Positions 28,150 through 41,150 of a stretch of 64,000 bases of DNA are shown in pieces (position 1 is the first letter of the stretch; each line of letters starts with the position of its first letter). The stretch is from Octopus sinensis (Eukaryota), in NCBI RefSeq assembly GCF_006345805.1, contig NC_042997.1, positions 124,001 to 188,000 of the forward strand, given 5' to 3'. The notes beneath the pieces were generated by a model, which had not been told where the DNA came from, did not search any database, and saw only the letters and a program-made list of their open reading frames with translations. A program made the position numbers and the translations under genes.

Positions 28150-29368
28150 TAATATAGATATATTAAATCATTTTCAGTTGTATATGCTGTGGAAATGATT
28201 GTATCTGGGATTAATGAAACAAATGCTACGAGTGCTAAAATAATTGGTATGGCAGTGTAATATAGATATCTCAGCTAAATTTTCTGCCGTCTCATTGGAT
28301 GCGAAGTGAAAATCCTCACCATAAATACGTTTCGATTTCTACTTGTGTGATTGATAAAATAAAACAGGCAATACACTGGTGTCATTTCATCGTCTCTACC
28401 TGCTACTTAGAAATGTGTTTGCTCCAAATCAAAAGAATATTATCAAAATGTTAGAAGACAAGTAATTGTAGTGGTTTACGAATAGGGATACTTCTGTTTA
28501 CATAACACGCATACACACAAATACAGAAACTGAAAAAGCGATAGAGAGAAGGAAGAAAGTTGGAAAAAAATACACAAAGATATATAATGATCTGAAAGGA
28601 AACTGCACCACAATATGTGATAGAATCGATAATGACAGTAAAAGTGCCACATATAAACAACATGAAACTATTTTACCAAAACCACAATTGTGTGCAAGTT
28701 CACAATAACCTAACTTTTAAGTATTCGATATTGAATACGCAAATAACTGTACTTCTTCATTTTCACAACAAATACAAGCAATTCTCACTTTTATGCTACC
28801 ACAAAATTTACAATGCTCTCTAGCACATATGACGTTAAACATTTAGACCAGCAAACAAACAAACGATCACACAAGATATACAACAAATACACACATGTTT
28901 TTATGGCTTAGTAGGAAGGCGGTTCAGAGCTCATTACCTTCCAAAGCAATCTGAAGTTCTAAAAATAAAGGAAGGAGTGCTAATCAAACAAAAGTAACAA
29001 AAAAAAGGAAGATAAAATATACGTGGTACTTAATCATTGCTATTAATTCTGCCTGGCCTTTGTGTTTGAAATATATAAAGGTTACTTGACTTTCCTTTTT
29101 CGCATTGTAAGGAATTTTCAAGAGAACGTGAAATAACTCTTTTTTTTTTCTAGAATTGGTTCTCGAAGAATCTATAAAGCTAGGAATAATAGAAAGCAAA
29201 TACTGGGTTGAAAAAACCCTTTTGAATAGAAAATTCAGCTGCCATGTCTGCATGGGATGTGTCCAACGGCCAGTCTTTGACTTTATTTTCCCAGTAGGGG
29301 TTTTCAACTCTAAATTTACATGCTTTATTTATGGCTGTATATGTATTTCGAGAACCAGTTCCCAAATG

Positions 29369-29412
<44 letters not shown>

Positions 29413-29469
29413 ATGTATATAATCGCCATAATTGACCGCTAACTCCACAAGATTTTTTTAATTCTCTGT

Positions 29470-29630
29470 TTATTTCCAGGTGTTCCTTTCTGTTGAAGAG
29501 CGTAGGCTCGAAACATAAAACACTATCTCACCTCCCGAGCGTTAAACTAATACACCTGCTTCTTGTTTATATACCTGTCTCCATCTTTTGTTTTTTCAGT
29601 AAGTTTCAACTATACACACACGCCCTCCCC
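29470..29630 (+). mobile_element. Solo Penelope terminal (pLTR) fragment with hammerhead-like core
   Basis: CTTTCTGTTGAAGAGCGTAGGCTCGAAAC (29486-29514) is identical to 45641-45669. Downstream GAGCG..ACTAATACA and the T-rich tail resemble the 45.7-kb terminus. Confidence 0.8.
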
Positions 29631-29799
29631 ACACACACATATGTGTATATATGTGTATGTATATATGAGTATATGTATGTGTATATATACATCTATGTAT
29701 GTGTAAATATATGTATATATTGGGTGTATATAATACTATGATTGTCACTTAATATGACTAGGGTGTTGATAACACCTACATTGCTAAAGATGAGAGCTA

Positions 29800-30415
29800 A
29801 AAAGCTCTAATGCTGTATAAATATGTATTTTTTGTGGTGGTCAAATTTTAAACTGATGTCGGTAGGCACATGTCAATATGAGTAAAGTTTCCATAATTAA
29901 TTTTCTATATTTCAATGATTTATAAAGTAGGCATTTTCCTATCTAATTCCATTTCATGTTCTGTGGTGTAATATTTTGCAGTACTCCTTGTTGTAAGTGC
30001 GTAGTGTACCTCTGTGAATGTGTTGTACTTGTCTGTTTAATGTAGCTGCTAAAGTTTGCAACTGTTAGTTTTACAGTAATATTTGTAGGTTACATTCATC
30101 ATACGTACCCTGTTCATGGGTTTACATGTTTGTGGTGTGTTTTTAATAAAGAGGTTCTTGTTTCGGTGCTTTTGTAGTATACTCTAATATTCTGCAGTAT
30201 ATTATTGTCGTATAAGATGCTCTTTGTTACGTTTTACGAGGGTTATTATATGTTCATCCGTTTGATAGTTTTGTGCATTTGGTTCACGTAATAGATTTTA
30301 TGTGTGGTTTGTGTATTTCTATTTGGTGTAGTCTTTGATACTTGTATTACATTTGTATCTTTGTTTTCCATAACTCGGTCCACTAGTACGGCAGGATATC
30401 CGTTGTTAATTAATA
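29800..30415 (-). pseudogene. Fossil Penelope-like element (thumb/GIY-YIG region)
   Basis: Minus strand ILINNGYPAVLVDRVMEN (about 30416-30363) and SYIKQTSTTHSQRYTTHLQQG (about 30050-29988), compared with YIGQT..L..R...H. Confidence 0.6.
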
Positions 30416-30420
30416 TTTAA

Positions 30421-30887
30421 TCTATATCTATAAAACAGTCCTTGAACGAAAATTATATGCACATTTTGCTTTGACGGTTAATGGCGGCCTAACCGAGGCT
30501 AGGATCGGGCTGGAAATTGGCAGGTATACTGAATGCGTGGTGAGGGTGAGACCCGCGATGGTTAAAATTCGCAAGCTATGAAGATGTGGTTGCTACGGCA
30601 AAAATAGGGATTTTTTATTGATTCAAGGGGGCCAAGAGTCCCTCTAGGTTTGTGCCATTGGCTTTTAATGCCCAGCGACATGCACTGCAGGCTGTTGTGC
30701 TTAATAAACATATATTTTGTCGTGAACTTCAGGCTACTAGGAAACGATAGTTTCACTGTGACAAAACGAGTGCTTTTTGTCATCATTTTCTTTTTTAATT
30801 TTTAATAAAATTTTCGATTCTTTTTAAATACCTCATCTTTAAAATGTGACCCGAGTAGACCCGAATGAAATCGGGTTATAATACTAG
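30421..30887 (+). mobile_element. Non-autonomous Helitron
   Basis: Starts A^TCTATATCTATAAAA. Ends with hairpin ACCCGA-ATGAAA-TCGGGT (30859-30876) and CTAG (30884-30887). The following base is G rather than the expected T. Confidence 0.65.
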
Positions 30888-31110
30888 GTGTAATCAGCTG
30901 TTTGATTTTTTGATGTGTGCTGAGGTAATGGATATATCTTTCTCTTTCCGTATGTTTATGTTAGAAAACGGAGCCTTATTTGCATTATTCCGCACATAAA
31001 CACGCACATCCACCCAAACACACATCGTTGTCAACCTGCCTTCCAATTTGAAATGGTGAGCGGTAAAGCAATCTTAGAGAAAGTTTCTTGAAAAAGACAG
31101 AGCATGTATA

Positions 31111-31137
31111 TAACCCTAACCCTAACCCTAACCCTAA
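31111..31137. repeat. Interstitial (TAACCC)n telomere-type repeat, about 4.5 units
   Basis: TAACCCTAACCCTAACCCTAACCCTAA read directly. Confidence 0.9.
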
Positions 31138-31207
31138 AATCTATCTCGATATACTTATAAAGGTTTTCTCTTAATATGATGAAGAAATTGGCTCCAAAAA
31201 TTTAACT

Positions 31208-31229
31208 CCTGCTGCTGCTGCTGCTGCTG

Positions 31230-31261
<32 letters not shown>

Positions 31262-31523
31262 GCTACAACTGCTGCTGAAGCAGCTGTTACTGTTGCTGCA
31301 GCAACTCCTACTACTACTACTGCTAACACTCCTCCTCCTACCGCTGCTGCTGCTTCTGCTACTACCACTACTACTACCACTACTACTACTACTACTACTG
31401 CTGCTGCTGCTACATCTACTACTACTACTACTACTACTACTGCTGCTGCTGCTACTACTACTACTACTACTGCTACTGCTAACCCTCCTCCTCCTACTAC
31501 CACCACTACTGCTGCTGCTGCTG

Positions 31524-31565
<42 letters not shown>

Positions 31566-31612
31566 GCTGCTGCTGCTGCTGCTGCTGCTACTATTACTAC
31601 TACTATTACTAC
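31208..31612. repeat. Interleaved (CTG)n/(CTA)n trinucleotide array
   Basis: Alternating GCT and ACT runs with occasional CCT. Source of the poly-L and poly-V/A ORFs. Confidence 0.95.
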
Positions 31613-32819
31613 TTTAAAATTAAGGGTAACTAATATCGCTAAATGGATTCGCCCGGTTGCTGTCCGTAGATAGAGTAATAAGAGCTGAAAAGCATAGCAA
31701 AATATTTACCATCATTCCTCATGTAACGCAAGTAATTAACAATTGTAGAAAGGAAATAACAGAAAGAAGACACTCAGCAACATCCGCATAAACACTAATA
31801 AAATTCTATGATTAGCAAATACTCACTACAAAGGGAACGAACGTCTCATTGAAAAATTGTATCATCCGACCGCTGCCAATTTAAAGTGATGCACTTCAAA
31901 GCAGCTAACCAATCGGAGCTCTGCCAGCTTTAGGCTAAATATGCATAGGGCAAACAAATCCCATCATCTTAAGATAGTATTTTAGTGTTTCACAAGTAAC
32001 TCTTGCTGCAGCATTACCAGCAAAGAACACGGGTTAGTACACACGTTTACTAACTTAATATTTCGTTAAAAGTCATCATTCAAAATGAAGTGGTTTGCAT
32101 TTCGTTGAGACAAACGTTAACCGTTTCCCAAATTACAATAGTTATTTCTGGTCTCTTACTCAGAACATTTTCACTAACTTTGCAGATAGCTCCTTGACAG
32201 TCTTTCCAGCCAAGAACAACAAATAAATAGCTTGGCTGCAGAGGAACACTTCACATATCTTTTACCTTTTGAGTTCATGCCCAAAGAAAATAAACTCGAC
32301 AAGTCTCCAAAATGTTCCTTCTTAACCCCACGGTTGCCATTAACACGTGATGATATACTCTAAATATGAAAGGGCATCCGCTTGCTGAAAACAAACACGA
32401 ACGGCAGATCTGCCAATGTGCTGTCAAATCTATCTTCTACCAATGTTATCCTCAAACGTCGCACTTAAATGTTGCCACAGTTATCTCGGAAAACTCTTCA
32501 GTATAGGTGGCTACTTCTATCTTTCGAAACATGCGCTCTTCTTAAGTATATCAGGATAGATTTTAATCAAATACAACATTCACACTTTTTTTTATCAAAC
32601 ATTCCCCATGATTGATGTGCTGCACTCCATTTCAAACTTCCCTGGCCTACCACTAACCACGTTCGCCAATCTACCTCATTTCCTGTATCTCAAATCTTCA
32701 CGAAAAAATTCAATCTTGCCCAACAACTTGTGCCTTTTTACCTCCTCACTGACAATTAACATAGTTTTCTAAGAGATCTTCTTTACTATGTATTTTGTAA
32801 AGAATCAATGTTGTTTTAC

Positions 32820-33115
32820 ATAGCATTAAAAAAAGGATTTGAGAGTGTACCATGAAAATCACTGAGATAAACTACTCAACTATTTGATTTCTCCTTTCAT
32901 TCCTTCGATTGTATTCTTCCTGTCATATTGTATGGTTTCATAGCATACGGGTGGTTATTACTTTTATTCATACAATATTAAATCAAATAACACCAACTTT
33001 CCGTCTTGCCGCTAGAATCTTCCTTCTGTATATTAACGAGCTAGTTATTGCAACTTCTAACAACGTTCACTCCTTTGTGCATGACACCAAGATCCATTCC
33101 TCTTTACCCACAACT
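32820..33115 (+). pseudogene. CR1/L2-like reverse transcriptase remnant
   Basis: KGFESV.H..KLLNY and IFLLYINELVIATSNNVHSFVHDTKIHSS, compared with KAFDRV.H..KL and LFLLFINDL...HS.ADDT.LH.S. Confidence 0.6.
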
Positions 33116-33337
33116 TTTTTCCTTCTCCTTCTTAGGGCATCTCCTTGGAATTCCTTTCACACCAAAGTAATATTCTCAGCTATATCGGGGTGTCTGTGAA
33201 TGTCACGGTGACCTCCCCTTTCAATAGCGTAAATTTATATGTGAAAATAAATGGAAAAACTATGATTTGTACAGAAAAATCATAGATAATATTATGCTTC
33301 GGTACATTTATATCATCATCATACATCATATATATAT

Positions 33338-33379
<42 letters not shown>

Positions 33380-35111
33380 CACATAGCGTTAGAGGTATAT
33401 ATAGAGAAAAAGACATACAGATAGACTGACAGTGATTAAATGCATGAGGAAACGGAAATGAAAATCAATTCTAGTAAGCGGAAAAGATTGTTGATTTATT
33501 CCAAAGTACAATCAATCATGATGTTTGAAAGGGAACTTGTTTCTATGAGTTCATTTTCATATTATAACCAGAAAACTAGGAACTAAATATGTAAAGGAAC
33601 ACGTGTTTATATTAAAATGTTCAAGCTTAAATTCCACTGTTTCTTCATTGCCTACAATAAATTAAAATTATTTTCTACGCGTTGCTTTTTTTGACCAGTC
33701 AATGTTGCCTACTCATTTCTATGGATATTTTCGAAGACCGACACAAAGACACGCATTATGGAGGCTACAGTCGATTTAAAATAGAAGTCAGTACAGAGCA
33801 AGTATGTTTTCAATAAATGAATGAATGGTAAAAGGTTAAATTGTTTGAACTCAAAACGTATTGGAACTAAATTCAGTAACATGTTTAGGCGTTTCGTCCA
33901 CGCCATCGTTCCAATACCCGAACGAATATTAATAAAATACATTATTCTCTTTGTGGTCGAACACAATCCGTTCAAAAGCCGCTCATATATTAATGTAACT
34001 TACAGAGAAATAAAATTTTGCAAGATTGTTATATTGGTCATCTTGTAAGCAAGTATGATAGAAGTAATTTCCAATGTTTTAGCTGTTACACGGATTGTTT
34101 AAAGGAAAGAGAAATTCATTATTTCAGTAACTGTATTGCATCACATTTCAAAGTCGGAAATTAATAAATTGTCTTGTTGTACTAGAATATTATTATTTAC
34201 ATACATTTAAGTAAACGACGTCACAGCGACGGATATAAAGAATGGAAATGGCAAAATTGTTTACAGATATATGAAACACTGTTAACACACAATACGACTT
34301 TATTGCTCTGATTCAGTTGGTCGCACCCCCGCACACTCACATATACATGCATGTACGCGCGCGCATCCACTCATACACACACACACAGACATACACACAC
34401 ACACACCGAAGCATTGCCTTCAAAGATTTCAGTTGATCCGATTTACCTCATTATTTAGTTTTGTCCAGTTCTTTTGGAGCTTTCTTCAATGAATCGCAAG
34501 GATGCAGATTATCAATCGTAAGAGATTCAGAGAGTCTTCCAATATTTGTACCGGTTACATCCATCCATCCATCCATCCATCCATCCATACAACATATATA
34601 CATAAATACATGCATACATACAACAAATTTGCACAAAAACCTAGAATTTTTCGGTTTCACAGAGAAAGAGCAAAAGAAACTGACGTGGAAAATATCCCAA
34701 ATGCATATATTAGTGGCACAGTGAAGATTTGTAAGACATTCCAAAAATTCTCCATCTGAGATTTTTATGTGAATAGAAACATCCACTTGGGTGTATGTAT
34801 TAACAATTAAACCAAAACACCAACTTAACCTCATATTTGCAAACACCGTGAATTCTCTTAACTCACAAGTTTTGTTACTTTGTTAGTGACCGACCGGGTT
34901 GAGCTCTCCCAATGAAAGACACATACGTGCATATAAATCATATATATATACATACATTAAACTTTTAATACTTTTGATATTATATATAAAAAAATAAATA
35001 AATTAATTAATTAATTAATAAGTAAAATAATATATAAATATAAAAATATACATACATATATATATATATATAATATATATATATATACACACACATATAT
35101 ATATATATATA

Positions 35112-35191
<80 letters not shown>

Positions 35192-35193
<2 letters not shown>

Positions 35194-35356
35194 CGTAGGA
35201 GTGGCTGTATGGTAAGTAGCTTGTTTACCAACCACATGGTTCCGGGTTCCGTCCCACTGCGTGGCACCTTGGGCAGGTGTCTTCTACTATAGGCTCGGGC
35301 CGACCAAAGCCTTGTGAGTGGATTTGGTAGACGGAAACTGAAAGAAGCCTGTCGTA

Positions 35357-35428
<72 letters not shown>

Positions 35429-35633
35429 TTGTGTGTTTGTCCCCCTAGCATTGCTTGACAACCGATGCTTGTGTATTTATGTCCCCGTTACTTAACGGTT
35501 CGGCAAAAGAGACCGATAGAATAAGTACTGGTCTTACAAAGAATAAGTCCCGGGGTCGAGTTGCTCGATTAAAGGCGGTGCTCCAGCATGGCCGCATTCA
35601 AATGACTGAAACAAGTAAAAGAGTAAAAAGAGT
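35192..35633 (+). mobile_element. tRNA-derived SINE with internal microsatellite (copy C, full length)
   Basis: Head GGCGTAGGAGTGGCTGTATGGTAAG (A-box-like) and GGGTTCCGTCCC (B-box-like), CCTTGGGCAGGTGTCTT core, TA/TG tract at about 35355-35440, tail GTAAAAGAGTAAAAAGAGT. Preceded by long (TA)n. Confidence 0.92.
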
Positions 35634-35800
35634 ATATATATTTGTATATATATATTTGTACATATATATTTAAAATTTATAAGTTTAAATTATTTAATAA
35701 TTTTTTAATTTTTAACTTTTATATTTTTAAATTAATTTTATGTATTGGCTTATGTTTTTCACCGTTTGATTTGCCTAATAGTGGTTTTATCTCTAATTTA

Positions 35801-35837
<37 letters not shown>

Positions 35838-36017
35838 GTATATGCATATATATATTTTTTATTTTATTTTATCTAGTTTCAGCTCACGAGCTGTGGCCAT
35901 GCTGGGGCACCGATGTATTTATATAAGATTATGTCGAACGACGAGAGTAAGTGCTCAAAACAGCATTGGTGGATATAATTCCTTTAGTTATCTATTAAGG
36001 ATACCATTGGTCTCGTA

Positions 36018-36178
36018 TTAAGAAAAATACTTAATATCCTAACAATTTTTCCAGCCGATCGCATGGAAGAATGGCGTTCCACTGTATTTCGGATGTAAAC
36101 TACCAAATAGGAGACAAACACCATTCCGTCATGTGATCTGCTGGAAAAAATGTTAAGATATTAAGATTTTTTTCTTAA
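36018..36178. repeat. Fold-back palindrome / MITE-like hairpin
   Basis: Left arm CTTAATATCCTAACAATTTTTCCAGCCGATCGCATG versus reverse-complemented right arm CTTAATATCTTAACATTTTTTCCAGCAGATCACATG. Pairing extends outward to TTAAGAAAAA and inward to GAATGG(C/T)GTT. Confidence 0.85.
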
Positions 36179-36211
36179 CATGAAACCAATGTTAGCCTTA
36201 ATACACAAACA

Positions 36212-37165
36212 TTGGGTTGGTAAGAAAGTAATTTCATTTTTTTAGTGTGAAAATAAAAGTCTATTTTTTTCACACAATAAATGAACTTTAATCAATTATA
36301 TATTTCCCATTTTGTTCGATGACTTTTTGGCATCTTCATAGAAACTTCATGATTCAGCGCTCATAGGACTTCTGGTGCTTATCAGCCAAAAACTGAATCA
36401 AGTGCGATTTCAGGTAATCATAATTATTGAAAATTTTACCATTCAAAGAATTTTGAAAACTTCGAAATAAATGGTAATCTGATGGTGCAACATCAGCGCT
36501 GATCTGATGGTGCAAGGCCAGGGCTGTATGGTGGATGTGACATCACTTCCCAACCAAGCTCCAATCATTTTTCATGAGTTAGCAAAGATATGTGTGGTTT
36601 AGCGTTGTCATGGTGGAACACAGTTCCTTTACGATTTGCCAATTCTGGCCATTTTCCTTTCATTGCATTTTCTAGTTTCATTAGTGCTTGATAGTAAGCA
36701 TCTGATTTGATCTTTTGGGTTCTTGGAAGCAGCTCAAACTACACAACACTTTTGTAATCCCACCAAATTGACGACATGACGGTTTTTTTGATGCAACTCA
36801 GTCTTCGATGGGATTTGTGTTGGTTCCTTACGCTTGGACCATGATCGTTTCCGATTGATGTTATTGAGGACAATCCATTTTTCCTCACCAGTGACGATTC
36901 GCTTAAAAAAAGAGCAATTTCATTGCGTTTGAGATGCATATCGCAAATATTCATTCGTCGTGTTAAGTGAATCTCTTTCAATTAATGAGAATTCCAAATA
37001 TCGAGCTTCTTAACGAGTCCAAGACGTTTTCAGTAATTTTCAATTGTTATGTATGATACATGTAAACTCTCTGCAGTCTCTCGCACAGTTATATGACAAT
37101 CAGATTCAATTATAACTTTGATTCGGTCATCATCAACTCCAGTAGGTATCCAGGATGGAATTTTA
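36212..37165 (-). mobile_element. Decayed mariner transposon
   Basis: Minus strand LKEIHLTRRMNICDMHLKRNE, MSSIWWDYKSVV, HDNAKPH, HPPYSP..APSDYHLFRSFQNSLNGKIF. 3' TIR TTGGGTTGGTAAGAAAGTAATTTC at 36212. Confidence 0.9.
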
Positions 37166-37459
37166 AAACCATTTCTGACACGTGCGTTCTGTTAAGCAAT
37201 CAATACTTTAAACTTCCCACGTCTTTTTGTGAGCCTTAGCAGCTTTCTTGCCTTTAGGCAAATAAAAAAGCAAAATATGGCGAAAATGTTCGATTTTGCA
37301 CTCCATGTTACAATTGATACTGAATTAATAGCTGTAAACAAAATTACGCGCAATTTGCTTCTAAGGTAAGCTAAAAAGTAACGGCTATCAATTGTCAAAA
37401 GGAAAAATAAAAAGGATAACGTTGACAAAAGTCATTCACATATATATATATATTTTCAC

Positions 37460-37753
37460 AAGAGCTCGACTCTGTACACTCTGGACGGAAAGTCGCCTAC
37501 CGGCGAACGCACAACCTAGTTTGCGCTCATGCATACCAGCCTCCGCTCTCCCCCCACCGATGTTGTCCAAGCGAAAGGCCAATACAGCTTGGCACCAGTG
37601 ATGTGGCAACTCATTTCTACAGCTGAGTGAACTGGAGGAATGTGAAATAAAGTGTCTCACTCAAGAACACTACATGCACCCCGGTCCGGGAAACGATTCA
37701 CAACCTCACGATCGTAAGCTCGACGCTCTAATCACTGAGCCATCCGCCTTCAC
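37460..37753 (-). mobile_element. Second tRNA-derived SINE family
   Basis: Minus head GTGAAGGCGGATGGCTCAGTGATTAGAGCG (A-box-like), a degenerate B box, and central GTGTTCTTGAGTGAGACACTTTATTTCAC..CAGTTCACTCAGCTGTAGAAATGAG. Fragments recur at about 38.0-38.1 and 58.4-58.55 kb. Confidence 0.75.
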
Positions 37754-37806
<53 letters not shown>

Positions 37807-37837
37807 TATATTGACATATACATATGTGTATGCGCGC

Positions 37838-37875
<38 letters not shown>

Positions 37876-38801
37876 GATACAACGTTTATATTATTCTCTT
37901 ACGTAATCACTCGCTATTTCGTAAACTTTGGGAGTAATAAATTAAGGAATTAATGTTCACAGTAGAAAATAGGGTGTGATTTCAAGCAAAATTCGATTTT
38001 AAAAATGGCTAGGCTTTTGACCTTTTGTGTGTGAAATCGTGGTTTCAATTTCCAGGCATGGTAAAATGTTAAATCTTTGAGCAAGGCATTTCACTTCTAC
38101 CTTCTTTTAGTCTACTAAACTGAAATCAATACCATCAGTAGCTTAAGTATTAACCTTGTAGTATTAACTCTAGTGTGTAGTCTCCTGTTCTCTGCAACTT
38201 ATACTTCACTGAAATCGCGAAATGTTGTGGCCTCATGAGCCTGCAGGCCAAAGGGAAAAGAAATAAAGCCCAAATACTGTTTTGGGTGCTTTTCTAGACC
38301 TAAATATTGACATATACATATGTGTGTGTACGTGTGTGTATATATGTATATATATACACACGCGCCCCCCATATATATACATACATACATACATACATAT
38401 ATACATAGAGAGAGAGAGAGGGGAGAGAGAGAGAGAGATAGTAAAGTGGGGCGAGAATTTGACAATATCGCTTCTCTTGCCTTCTAAACACCCTTCGAAT
38501 ATCGTTAAACGTCATTTATAGAAACAAAATTGTTTTGAAACATTAAGGATTAAACTGTTTTACGTTAGGAATGCAATTCTTTAATCGCAGTGTTTATGAA
38601 TTCCCGAAGAATTAGCAGTTGATGGTGGACGAATGTGTTTTCATTTAAAATAATGGTTAAATAGCTACTCAATGTACATGAAAATACTAAACTCTTTTAT
38701 AACTCCTTTCATTTAACAGTGGATAGATAAACGCCGATGTATGGTGATTATAACTTCATAAAAATGTGATGACAAATGTTTACATTTAGGAATACAAATT
38801 C

Positions 38802-38844
38802 TATTATTATTATTATTATTATATTATTATTATTATTATTATTA

Positions 38845-38902
<58 letters not shown>
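38802..38902. repeat. (TAT)n microsatellite
   Basis: Direct inspection. Confidence 0.95.
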
Positions 38903-38904
<2 letters not shown>

Positions 38905-38910
38905 CGTCAC

Positions 38911-38970
38911 GGACATGAGCGCGGGCTACTAGCCCCAAGATTCCGAGTTCGATTCCAAGCAGTGACCTGA
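38911..38970 (+). mobile_element. Short tRNA(Arg-like)-derived SINE fragment
   Basis: GCGCGGGCTACTAGCCCCAAGATTCCGAGTTCGATTCC has a B box and resembles tRNA-Arg CTAC..AAGATTCC..GTTCGA. The D-arm and 5' acceptor strand are absent, so it is not a tRNA gene. Confidence 0.55.
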
Positions 38971-40910
38971 ACGATAACAAATTTAATTGTTATTAAGGGT
39001 TATTTTATAATTCTGGACTAGTATTCTTTGTTGGTTTCCTGTCTTGTTTCTAATCATAAGACCCGGCAATGTTAAGAATTGTAAAATGGAACGTTATAGC
39101 ATTCATTGATTTCCCACAAATATCCAGGTTGTTTGTTTTTATTTTTGATTAGCATCTGTATTATTTAAAGACATCCTATTTTTCTCTATGCAAATTAGTT
39201 TCTTTCTCACTACTTCCAACATGCTGTGATCATTAATAATGCTAATGCAATTAGCACTTAATAGTACCACAAAAATAAAAAGATATACATTTTTAGTTAC
39301 TGAATTACTAAGATCTCCTGTGTCAAGGTGAGAGTTACCCGTTAGAATATCTAAGATAAGTATCATTGCATCTGTCACAATTATTATAAACTGACACTAT
39401 GTGATACATCACAACAATTTACGTGGTGATAATAATTAGTAATACTCAGCTTGTAATACTCATTGGCTAGAATTGCTCATTTAATGTTCTCAATGAGCTT
39501 GTGTCTCGATAGAAGCCTATAGATTAGGAAAGCTCAATGAAAAAGCTATACATTATACGATCTCAAAGAAGAATCTAACATAGACCATATTCTTGACATA
39601 GAATTATTTCTCTGGCACTAATTTTGGATATCAGTTAATTACTAATGTAAAAGTGTATACGTTGCCTTCACATTGATGTCAACTACCATTTAATAAATAT
39701 GCTTCTTTTCTGAGGCTATTCTATGACAAACAGTAAGTTAATTATTTAACTACTTATATAATTTCTGAATCCTAACAACATAGAGTTACTGATTATCTGT
39801 AATTTATAATCACAGTAGAAATAGAGTTACTCATATCACACCGGATCACATCCGTTTCTGTAGCGGCTTCATTTCAGTGGCTTCACTATCTATTTTCCAG
39901 GTCGGTAAATTCTCTCATGGTAAATTCTACAATGGTGTTGATATTCTTATAAAAACATGAATGCCAAAGATAATCATGAGTTGGAAATAATTATAGAGCG
40001 ACTAGCCCACATTACTTGTGAGAATAGATTACCTCTGTGTTTATCGATTGCCTTCCACCTTAAAATTGGAAGAATCATTAACCATGAAATTAGATTTCTT
40101 TAACCCTTACCTAGAGATTAGTACGAACGAGCCGCTAGAATACACATGTTTAAGAATAAAATTTCCAGTATATAATGATAGTGGGGAATAATGGCATTAA
40201 TAACATTAACAGAACGATAGCTTTTATATATAGCTGAAACCAATTTCAATCAATGCACTTGTTAATATATAACACTTGTTACAATGAATGAGAGGAGGAA
40301 ACAGTAGGTGGTCTAGATAAATATATCACACATACTTTATGCCATGAGTTCAAATGTTGCAGACGTGAATTTGCCTCCCATCGTTCTAGAATCGATAGAA
40401 GAAATTCTAGTGGTATTCTGGGATTCATTCAATCTACTATATTTCCCATGAAATGTTGCCCTCTACCTAGTCTAAAGATACCAATTTATATGAGTTGCAA
40501 CAGCAATGCAACAGCTCTGGATTTGATAACATAAAAGTATTTTGCTTTGTGCCTTATGTTGTTATTAATCCTACTGGGTACAGTATTAACTTTTATCAGG
40601 AATGAATCAATACAATACAAGCACCTTGAATAGTTGATGGATATTCTGTTAATTATACGAAGATATCCCTCTTGTGATCAAACGACTGAATAAAAATAGA
40701 AGCTAAATATTTCTCAAGTTATACGTAACCGTCTTAAAACTCATCGCATAATGTAATCTAAGATACAGTGTTTAAAGAAAGTCTGAGGGGGTATGAAATG
40801 CTATGCACAAAAACATTATACCACAGCCTTTATAGCGTTGCTTGTGCTGCTACACATAACACCCAAACATACCCCAGTTTCGTTCTAAAAGAAATCACAT
40901 GTAATCCTTA

Positions 40911-40978
<68 letters not shown>

Positions 40979-41004
40979 CTATCTATCTATCTATCTATCT
41001 ATCT
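40911..41004. repeat. (TCTA)n tetranucleotide microsatellite
   Basis: Direct inspection. Confidence 0.95.
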
Positions 41005-41103
41005 ATTTATTTACCGGCCTGTCTGTCTGTCTACATATACATACGTACATGTGCGTGCCTATACATACATAAATATGTGTGCATGTCTATACATATGTAT
41101 ATG

Positions 41104-41150
<47 letters not shown>

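Noticed and set aside
31171-31673. Thr/Ala-rich frame resembling a mucin or antifreeze glycopeptide, plus poly-L and poly-V ORFs
   Set aside because: The Thr/Ala frame has a stop just upstream, no ATG or signal peptide, and loses register near 31563. It is a pure triplet repeat.
38911-38970. Possible tRNA gene
   Set aside because: Only anticodon and T-arm-like parts are present and the T-stem does not pair well, so it is treated as a SINE fragment.
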